A stretch of 64,000 nt of DNA from an uncultured Eubacteriales bacterium. GTDB lineage: Bacteria; Bacillota; Clostridia; TANB77; CAG-508. Position numbers and translations under genes: made by a program. Below are positions 1 to 6,599 of this stretch, piece by piece (the stretch's first letter is position 1; every line of letters begins with the position of its first letter). The DNA lies in assembly GCA_902492015.1 (NCBI GenBank), contig CABUJR010000009.1, forward strand, positions 32,344 to 96,343. Reading direction: 5' to 3'. Below the pieces are notes generated by a model, which was not told the DNA's origin, searched no databases, and was given only the letters and a program-made list of their open reading frames with translations.

Positions 1-496
1 TAAAAGCTTCAATTATACTTTGTTTAACAAATTCATCATTTGAAGCTATAACTAAAGCTGTTGGTATATCTAAAGAAACTTCTTCAGCATGGCTTGGTCC
101 TGAAAGTATTCCATATTTTATATTTGGTAATTCTTCTTCTATTACCTCATCCAAAGTCATTTGTGTTTCAGCTTCAAATCCCTTTGAACACATTACCAAT
201 ATTTGATTTTCTTTTATTATATTTTTATATTGATTTATTGTACTTCTAACAAACTTTGATGGTGTTACGTGAAGCACAATTTCTGCTCCTTCAAGTACTT
301 CATTAAAATCTGTTGAGCATATTACATTATCTGGAATAATAGCCTTTGGTAAAAATACGCATTTTTTTTCATTATTTATCATATTTTTTTCATCTTCACT
401 AAAAGACCAAATTTTTACATCATTTCCGTTTTTAGCTAAATAAATTCCTAAAGCAGCTCCCCAACTTCCACTACCTATTATTGCAATTTTCTTCAT
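1..496 (-). CDS. gpsA: NAD(P)H-dependent glycerol-3-phosphate dehydrogenase, N-terminal part (3' end lies beyond the window start)
   Basis: Not in the ORF track because there is no stop in the window. My reverse translation from ATG at 496-494 gives MKKIAIIGSGSWGAALGIYLAKNGNDVKIW...ILSGPSHAEEV, with a GxGxWG Rossmann motif. RBS AAGGAG lies upstream. Fits the conserved der-plsY-gpsA order. Confidence 0.85.
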   Translation of the reverse strand, partial: MKKIAIIGSGSWGAALGIYLAKNGNDVKIWSFSEDEKNMINNEKKCVFLPKAIIPDNVICSTDFNEVLEGAEIVLHVTPSKFVRSTINQYKNIIKENQILVMCSKGFEAETQMTLDEVIEEELPNIKYGILSGPSHAEEVSLDIPTALVIASNDEFVKQSIIEAF

Positions 497-532
497 TAAT
501 ATTCTCCTTTGTTTTCATTTTAACTAAAAAAT

Positions 533-1180
533 TTAGTTTTCTTGTTTTTTCTTAAAACTTATTTTATTTTCTGTTCCAGATATAATTCTTTTTAAATTAC
601 TTCTATGATTAAATATAACAAAAGCAGCAAGTAGTATTCCAAAAATAATAAAATTAAATTCGAATTCTATTCCTGCAATATAAGAATCTCTAATGAATAC
701 AGTTAGAACTGCAAACAAAACTGCTGCTGAAATTGAACCTAATGAAACCATTCTTGTTATTGCAATTAAAATAACTCCAAATAATAAACATATTAGTCCT
801 ATTTTCCAATTTATTAAAAGTATTACACCTAAACTTGTTGCAACTCCTTTTCCACCTCTAAACTCAAAAAAGATTGGAAAAGTATGTCCTATTACTACAA
901 ATAATGCAGCTATTTCTACTAATATTGCTGGACTTACTTCTTTTGCAAATTTTCCAATTATTAAAGCTATTAGTATTGAAACAACACCTTTTAATATATC
1001 ACATAATAAAGTTAGAGCAGCTGCTTTTTTTCCAACAGTTCTTAAAACATTTGTTGTACCTGCATTTCCGCTACCTTTTTCTCTTACATCAAATCCTGCC
1101 ATTTTTCTACTAATTAAAACTGAAAAATTTATGCTTCCTATCGCATAAGCGATAATTGCCATTATTATATATTTACTCAT
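533..1180 (-). CDS. plsY: Glycerol-3-phosphate acyltransferase PlsY
   Basis: 215 aa polytopic membrane protein with the GSGNAGTTNVLR motif typical of PlsY. Sits between der and gpsA. Confidence 0.9.
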   Translation of the reverse strand: MSKYIIMAIIAYAIGSINFSVLISRKMAGFDVREKGSGNAGTTNVLRTVGKKAAALTLLCDILKGVVSILIALIIGKFAKEVSPAILVEIAALFVVIGHTFPIFFEFRGGKGVATSLGVILLINWKIGLICLLFGVILIAITRMVSLGSISAAVLFAVLTVFIRDSYIAGIEFEFNFIIFGILLAAFVIFNHRSNLKRIISGTENKISFKKKQEN

Positions 1181-1282
1181 ATCTTTTCCTTTCTACTAAA
1201 TTTATATTAGTGCTTTCTTTTATAAAAGCATTATATACAAAAAGATATTAAAAAGCAAGCAAATCTCTTATGTTATACAGCT

Positions 1283-2614
1283 TTATTTTTCAAATTTTTC
1301 ACCTTTTTCTCTCACTATTAATCTAACTGGTGTACCCTCTAATCCAAAATTATTTCTAAAACAATTTATTAAATATCTTTGATAAGAAAAATGAAATAAA
1401 TCTTTATTATTAACAAAAATAACAAAAGTTGGTGGTTTTGAACAAGCTTGTGTTCCATATAATATTTTTAATCTTTTACCTTTATCTGTAGGTGGTTGTA
1501 CTACAGCTATTGCTTCATTTATTACTTCATTTATTACAGAAGTTGAAATTCTTTTTGCATTCTCTTCTGCAACATTATTTATCATTTCAAATAATTTATT
1601 AACTCTTTGTCCTGTTTTAGCTGAGATAAAAATAATTGGTGCATAAGAGGCATAAGATATTTGATTATATACTTCTTTTTTGTATTTTTCTAATGTTCCA
1701 GTTTCTTTTTCAACTTCATCCCATTTATTTACTACAATTATTATTCCTTTTCCAGCCTCATGTGCCTCACCTAAAATTTTAGCATCTTGGTCTGTAACAC
1801 CTTCTGTTGCATCAATTAAAACTAAACATACATCTGCTCTTTCTATTGCAAAAAGCGTTCTCATAACACTAAATTTTTCTATTGATTCGTTAACTTTTGC
1901 TTTTTTTCTAACTCCAGCTGTATCAATAAAAGTATATTTTCCAAATTCATTTTCAAACTCTGAATCTATAGCATCTCTAGTAGTTCCTGCAATATTACTT
2001 ACAATACTTCTATCTTCTCCTAAAATTTTATTTAATAATGAAGATTTTCCAACATTTGGCTTCCCTATTATTGCTACTTTAATTCTCTCTCCATCTTCAT
2101 CTGTATCACTTTTAGGTGGCAATTTTTCATAAATTGCATCTAATAAATCTCCTATTCCTATCGCGTTTGCAGCAGATACAGGTAAAGGATCTCCTATTCC
2201 TAGATTATAAAATTCATAAAGCTCAGCTGGTGGCTCTCCATAATTATCTGATTTATTACAAGCAAGTATAATAGGTTTATGTGATTTTTTTAGCATCATT
2301 GCAATTTCTTTATCTGAAGCTGTTACACCTTGTTTTATATCTGTCATAAATAATATTACATCAGCTACATTTATTGCAATATTAGCTTGTTCTCTCATTT
2401 GAGATAAAATTATATCATCTGTTTCAGGTTCAATTCCTCCTGTATCAATTAAAGTAAATTCTCTGTCTCTCCAAGAGGTTTCAGCATATACTCTATCTCT
2501 AGTAACACCTGGAACATCTTCTACTATTGATATTCTCTGTCCTACAACATAATTAAAAAATCTTGATTTTCCAACATTTGGTTTTCCTATTATTGCTACT
2601 ATTGGTTTAGACAT
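1283..2614 (-). CDS. der: Ribosome-associated GTPase Der/EngA
   Basis: Two tandem G domains, each with GKPNVGKS, DTGG/DTAG and NKSD/NKWD motifs, plus a C-terminal KH-like tail. Confidence 0.95.
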   Translation of the reverse strand: MSKPIVAIIGKPNVGKSRFFNYVVGQRISIVEDVPGVTRDRVYAETSWRDREFTLIDTGGIEPETDDIILSQMREQANIAINVADVILFMTDIKQGVTASDKEIAMMLKKSHKPIILACNKSDNYGEPPAELYEFYNLGIGDPLPVSAANAIGIGDLLDAIYEKLPPKSDTDEDGERIKVAIIGKPNVGKSSLLNKILGEDRSIVSNIAGTTRDAIDSEFENEFGKYTFIDTAGVRKKAKVNESIEKFSVMRTLFAIERADVCLVLIDATEGVTDQDAKILGEAHEAGKGIIIVVNKWDEVEKETGTLEKYKKEVYNQISYASYAPIIFISAKTGQRVNKLFEMINNVAEENAKRISTSVINEVINEAIAVVQPPTDKGKRLKILYGTQACSKPPTFVIFVNNKDLFHFSYQRYLINCFRNNFGLEGTPVRLIVREKGEKFEK

Positions 2615-2678
2615 TACATTTTTTTCCTTTCAAATTATTAGTTTACATATTATATAACATTTTTGATTATTTTGCAAG

Positions 2679-4343
2679 TTAATGCTTTTTAAAGACATAT
2701 ACTCCAAAAACTATTAAAGATATAATTGAAATTCCCAAAGAAATCTTCATAGCTGTTGTTCCAGTATATTCAACATCTAAACTAACATCATCATTTGCAC
2801 CCATTACAAATCCTAAAAAACCATTTTCTGTTTCAAAAGTTTGTACTTCAATTCCATCTAATCTAACTTCATATCCTGGATAATATATATATGGTAATTC
2901 AAAAATTGTATATTCTGATTCATAAGTCTTTATTTTTGCTGTATATGTAGTTTTATCTTTTGTTTCATTTTCTATTAAAGCTTTTCCTTCTAAAACATAA
3001 ATATTATCTTCTCTTGTTGCAATATAAAATCTATTTTTATAAGCATTTACTGGCAAATATTCAGCTTTTGCAGTACCTGCTACTGTTTCCACTTCTTTTC
3101 CAGATATACGTCCTAAATCAAAATCTGTTATATAAGGTAAATCTTCATTAAAACTTAAATATCCTATAAAAGCTGTTAAATATATTACAGCAATAACAGA
3201 AATGACAATAACATCTTTGTAATTGAAATTTCTTATAATTGTAAACATATTTATTGAACATACAAAACTAAAGAAAAATCCAGACATCATAAGAAATCTC
3301 CAAGGAAATTGAACTATGCTTGCTTGTTCAGGCAAATACTTCCAAGGGAAATACTTAGTTGACATCCATAATGTTAAAATTCCTAAAATTAAGAAAACTA
3401 CATAAGTTTCTTTTAAATCATCTCTTACCATTCTTATGGCCATTATAGAAAATGCTGCCATTATTATAATATGAAGTCCTAATTCAAAAACAAATGAACC
3501 ATCGTTTTCAGTAACAAATAATTGTTTAAGTTTTAAGCCATTATTGGCAGTTGATTCTGGACTTGACATCATCCCAGATTCATAAGCTTGATAATTAGTA
3601 AAAATATTGGTCTCAAGCATTGGAACCCAGAAAAAACTACTAATCAAAATTATAAAAACAATATTTAAAATTAACCCCTTTTTTACTCTTGTTTCTTTTA
3701 ATTTTGGTAAATTTACTACTAAATATATTAAACTAAAAAAAGCAACCATCAATGTTGAAATATTATGAGTTATAATAAGTCCAACCGCTCCAAAAGTTAA
3801 ATAATAATGATTTTCTGTTGTATAAAATAAATTATATAATCCTAAAAATACAAGAGGTATAAAAATAAATGAAACATACTCTCCTAAAGCATTTCTGATA
3901 TATAAGTCTGTTAAATGATATGGAAAAGTCATATATAAAATGCTTGCTAAGATTCCCACATTGTGATTTTTAGTAATTTCATACATAAATTTATACATTG
4001 TAAATCCAGAAAGTACCAAACACACAAAAACAAATAGTTTGTATGCTGATACTATATTATTACATATTAAGTTAAAAAAGATTATTCCATAACTTGAAAG
4101 TGGACCATAAAACAAATTCCAAGAATATCCAAAATTATTTGCAAAAGATGAAATTATATTTGGAAATACACCATCTTTTTTTATGCTTTCTAAAGTCCCA
4201 TAAGCTCTTGCTATATGTTGAACTCCATCATCAATATATACATCTAAACTCTTGCTTAATAATGGAATTCCTATTAAAAATCCCACTAAAATTATTATAA
4301 ATATATCTATTAATTTTCTATTTTTTAAAAGTTTCTCTTTCAC
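2679..4343 (-). CDS. Polytopic membrane protein with a C-terminal extracytoplasmic domain (GT-C-like glycosyltransferase candidate)
   Basis: 554 aa with many predicted TM helices over about 400 aa, then a soluble beta-rich region and a final TM. The family call is tentative. Confidence 0.5.
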   Translation of the reverse strand: MKEKLLKNRKLIDIFIIILVGFLIGIPLLSKSLDVYIDDGVQHIARAYGTLESIKKDGVFPNIISSFANNFGYSWNLFYGPLSSYGIIFFNLICNNIVSAYKLFVFVCLVLSGFTMYKFMYEITKNHNVGILASILYMTFPYHLTDLYIRNALGEYVSFIFIPLVFLGLYNLFYTTENHYYLTFGAVGLIITHNISTLMVAFFSLIYLVVNLPKLKETRVKKGLILNIVFIILISSFFWVPMLETNIFTNYQAYESGMMSSPESTANNGLKLKQLFVTENDGSFVFELGLHIIIMAAFSIMAIRMVRDDLKETYVVFLILGILTLWMSTKYFPWKYLPEQASIVQFPWRFLMMSGFFFSFVCSINMFTIIRNFNYKDVIVISVIAVIYLTAFIGYLSFNEDLPYITDFDLGRISGKEVETVAGTAKAEYLPVNAYKNRFYIATREDNIYVLEGKALIENETKDKTTYTAKIKTYESEYTIFELPYIYYPGYEVRLDGIEVQTFETENGFLGFVMGANDDVSLDVEYTGTTAMKISLGISIISLIVFGVYVFKKH

Positions 4344-4450
4344 TTTTATTTCCTCTTTTTGTATATTTTTATATTTTCTTATTTTAATATTTTGTATGTT
4401 ATACTTTAATACCTTAATATTTCAATATCCAATTCAAGATTAAAATTTAT

Positions 4451-4948
4451 TTAGTATGCTAACTGACCATTTAAAAATTCATCATTTTCAACCCAATCTT
4501 TTACATAATAAATTTTATATTCTTTTTTATTTTCTCTAACTATTACTTTTTCAATTCCTGCATTTATTATTAATTTTCTACACATTAAACAAGGAGCTGC
4601 TCCTTCTTCATATTTTGTATTATCTTCATATCTATATCCAACTAAGTATAATGTTGAACCAATCATTTCTTCTCTTGAAGCATTTATTATTGCGTTTTGT
4701 TCACTATGAACAGATCTACAAGCATCATATCCTCCGTGCCTTTGGTCTGGTAATAATTTTTTCTTTGTACAATATCCTATATCACAACAATTTTTTCTTC
4801 CTCTTGGTGCTCCTGAATATCCAGTTGAAATTATTTGGTCATGATTAACAATTACTGTTCCATATTTTTTTCTTAAACAAGTAGATCTTGAAGCAACTGT
4901 TTCTGCTATATCTAAATAATAATTTATTTTATCAATTCTTTTTTCCAT
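4451..4948 (-). CDS. dCMP deaminase (ComEB-type cytidine/deoxycytidylate deaminase)
   Basis: Zinc motifs HSEQNAI (HxE) and PCLMCRKLI (PCxxC). The 165-aa size fits. Confidence 0.85.
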   Translation of the reverse strand: MEKRIDKINYYLDIAETVASRSTCLRKKYGTVIVNHDQIISTGYSGAPRGRKNCCDIGYCTKKKLLPDQRHGGYDACRSVHSEQNAIINASREEMIGSTLYLVGYRYEDNTKYEEGAAPCLMCRKLIINAGIEKVIVRENKKEYKIYYVKDWVENDEFLNGQLAY

Positions 4949-5172
4949 AACAAACCACTTATTATATAAAAATATTTTCTCCTTATTTATATTTAGGTTT
5001 TTTAAGTTTACCTATAAACCAAAATTATACTAAAACAATATATAATATAGCATTAAAATAATATTATCTATAATAAAATTTTATTTTAAAAATACTATTT
5101 AAAATACTATATTTAATATTATATTTATTACAATTTTACTAGATTATTTTATAATAAAAAATATATATTGTC

Positions 5173-5205
5173 AAAAAAAAATTGTACTAGAATTAGTACA
5201 ATTTT
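5173..5205 (-). terminator. Rho-independent terminator after rpmF
   Basis: On the minus strand, a 10-bp stem AAUUGUACUA/UAGUACAAUU is followed by a U run. Confidence 0.8.
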
Positions 5206-5215
5206 TCTTTATTCT

Positions 5216-5404
5216 TTATTTATTATCAGCTTTTTTTGCAATTACTTCTTTACCATCATAGTAACCACAGTTAGAACATACAGTATGTGGTCTAACTGGT
5301 TGATGACAATGTGAGCAAGTTGATAAATTTTCTTCTTCTAATTTCCAAGTTGATCTTTTTGATCCTGTTCTAGCTTTTGACCATCTTCTTTTTGGTTGTG
5401 CCAT
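5216..5404 (-). CDS. rpmF: 50S ribosomal protein L32
   Basis: MAQPKRRWSKARTGSKRSTWKL N-terminus and a CxxC...CxxC zinc ribbon (CSHC...CSNC). Confidence 0.95.
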   Translation of the reverse strand: MAQPKRRWSKARTGSKRSTWKLEEENLSTCSHCHQPVRPHTVCSNCGYYDGKEVIAKKADNK

Positions 5405-5486
5405 TTAAAAATCCCTCCTTTAGTGACTATTTATATATGTCAAATTAAATTTTATTTCAAAGTTACTAAGATAGTATACAACCTAT

Positions 5487-6170
5487 TTATACATTTGTCA
5501 AGCTTTTTTTACTATTTTTAACATTGTTTGGAATTATAAAATGATTATTAGAAAAGGTCTCAAATTGGCTTTTTCCTCTTTCTAATACAATCTGGTTTTC
5601 TAGCTTTTTATTTTCTATTTTTAAAAATTGTATTTGTATTTTTATATCTCCAAATATACCTCTATTTTTTTCTTGATGTATTACTGGTAGATAACTTTGA
5701 CCTTTTGTTATTTTATTACATGCCATTATATAAATTTCTTCATCTGAAATATCTTCATTATTTTCTTTAAAATAATCTAATTTTATTTCTTTATATAAAT
5801 TTTGCATTTCATCTGTAAAATTTCCCGCAAGTTCTAAAATTGCACAGGAATATAAATCTGAAAGCATATCTTTAAATTCTGAATGTTCTTTATAACTAAT
5901 TTTTTCTGCTTCTAATAATTCCATTTTTAATTTTATATTTTTCATTCTTTCTATTTGAAGATTATTTTTTCCTGTTATACCACCCAAAAAAGACATTCCT
6001 TCTGATGAAATTACTGCTCTTTCATCCACATATTTTTTAACTTTTGCGTTTTTTATAACTTTTTGAACCTTCCAAAATAATCTTCTTCTATCATCATTTT
6101 CTAAGGTTTCTTTTTTACTCTCACATATTAAATTATCATTAATTTTAATATTTTCATCTATTGTGTTCAT
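5487..6170 (-). CDS. Hypothetical protein (charged, probably coiled-coil)
   Basis: 227-aa ORF with its own promoter-like element and RBS AGAAAGAGG. I recognise no family motif. It occupies the position where DUF177/YceD usually precedes rpmF but does not resemble it. Confidence 0.6.
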   Translation of the reverse strand: MNTIDENIKINDNLICESKKETLENDDRRRLFWKVQKVIKNAKVKKYVDERAVISSEGMSFLGGITGKNNLQIERMKNIKLKMELLEAEKISYKEHSEFKDMLSDLYSCAILELAGNFTDEMQNLYKEIKLDYFKENNEDISDEEIYIMACNKITKGQSYLPVIHQEKNRGIFGDIKIQIQFLKIENKKLENQIVLERGKSQFETFSNNHFIIPNNVKNSKKSLTNV

Positions 6171-6192
6171 TTTTAATACCTCTTTCTAAAAT

Positions 6193-6221
6193 ATTTTATC
6201 AATAGATTACTTATATTTCAA
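6193..6221 (-). promoter_or_regulatory. Sigma-A-type promoter for the 5487-6170 gene
   Basis: Minus strand reads TTGAAA-17 nt-TAAAAT, about 25 nt upstream of the RBS and ATG. Confidence 0.45.
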
Positions 6222-6367
6222 GATTTTTTTATAAAAAGAATATTTGATTTTTCGACTAAAAAAACTAGCATCTAACTTTATATTAATATTAAGCAAAACT
6301 TTATATAATATATTACATATTATATAAAATCTAAAATAAGAAACTAAAAAAGAGTTTTTCTACTATA

Positions 6368-6434
6368 GAACAAAAGTGGACATTATGATAATTGCAAAAG
6401 ACTAAATTTTATGCAAATGTCCACGTCTTTGTTC
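6368..6434. repeat. Dyad element copy A (GAACAAAAGTGGACAT ... ATGTCCACGTCTTTGTTC)
   Basis: Long imperfect inverted repeat around a core containing TAATTGCAAAA and TATGCAAAT. The same blocks occur at 45441-45505. A 5' partial copy is at 23942-23962. Confidence 0.7.
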
Positions 6435-6520
6435 GCCGCGCCAAGTTTTTTTAAAACTTGCGTGCAATATTGGGCGTAAGCCTTTATATAATAGGAAGTC
6501 TGGAGGACTTTCCTATTATG
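6435..6520. other. G+C-rich hairpin-dense intergenic segment (possible small structured RNA, strand unresolved)
   Basis: GCCGCGCCAAGTTTTTTTAAAACTTGCGTGC (CAAGTT/AACTTG stem), GGGCGTAAGCC, and hairpin ATAGGAAGTC-TGGAG-GACTTTCCTAT (6491-6517). By eye it is the most G+C-rich non-coding stretch in the window. Confidence 0.35.
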
Positions 6521-6585
6521 TAAAAAAGTGATTAATCTAAGTAAAATTTAATTTTTACCATAAATTAACCACTTTTATATTTTTC
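6520..6585. terminator. Bidirectional hairpin terminator just downstream of the deaminase-fold gene
   Basis: 13-position stem AAAAGTGATTAAT / ATTAACCACTTTT with one mismatch and a large loop. T/A runs on both sides. It starts 15 nt after the stop at 6600. Confidence 0.55.
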
Positions 6586-6599
6586 TAATAATTTAACAT

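Noticed and set aside
693-1148. Long plus-strand ORFs in the track that lie antisense to well-supported minus-strand genes. Examples: 693-1148, 1680-2132, 7093-7503, 27901-28455, 36242-36757, 44423-44719, 57125-57511, and the minus-strand 48995-49300 opposite cotJC.
   Set aside because: Their products are low-complexity L/F/I/S-rich strings with no motifs and no RBS. They fully overlap genes with clear family signatures. This is the expected by-product of AT-rich coding DNA.
6368-6434. Dyad elements as LexA (Cheo-box GAAC-N4-GTTC) sites or as MITEs.
   Set aside because: The GAAC half-sites are followed by GTGG/GTAA rather than GTTC at the N4 spacing, and the true inverted arms are about 46 nt apart. 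No target-site duplication flanks either copy. Both ideas remain unproven rather than supported.
6411-6479. A 22-codon plus-strand ORF (MQMSTSLFAAPSFFKTCVQYWA) inside the island, with a 15-codon counterpart starting at the same ATGCAAAT block in copy B.
   Set aside because: Neither has a Shine-Dalgarno sequence upstream. The two peptides share only MQ, so the conservation is at the DNA/RNA level rather than the peptide level.
6368-6520. A known riboswitch or leader class for the G+C-rich island.
   Set aside because: Compared from memory with the purine, preQ1, ZTP/pfl, c-di-GMP-I, guanidine/ykkC and T-box consensus cores, I found none of the invariant blocks. The next gene also has its own promoter downstream of the element, so the island is not in a 5' UTR.
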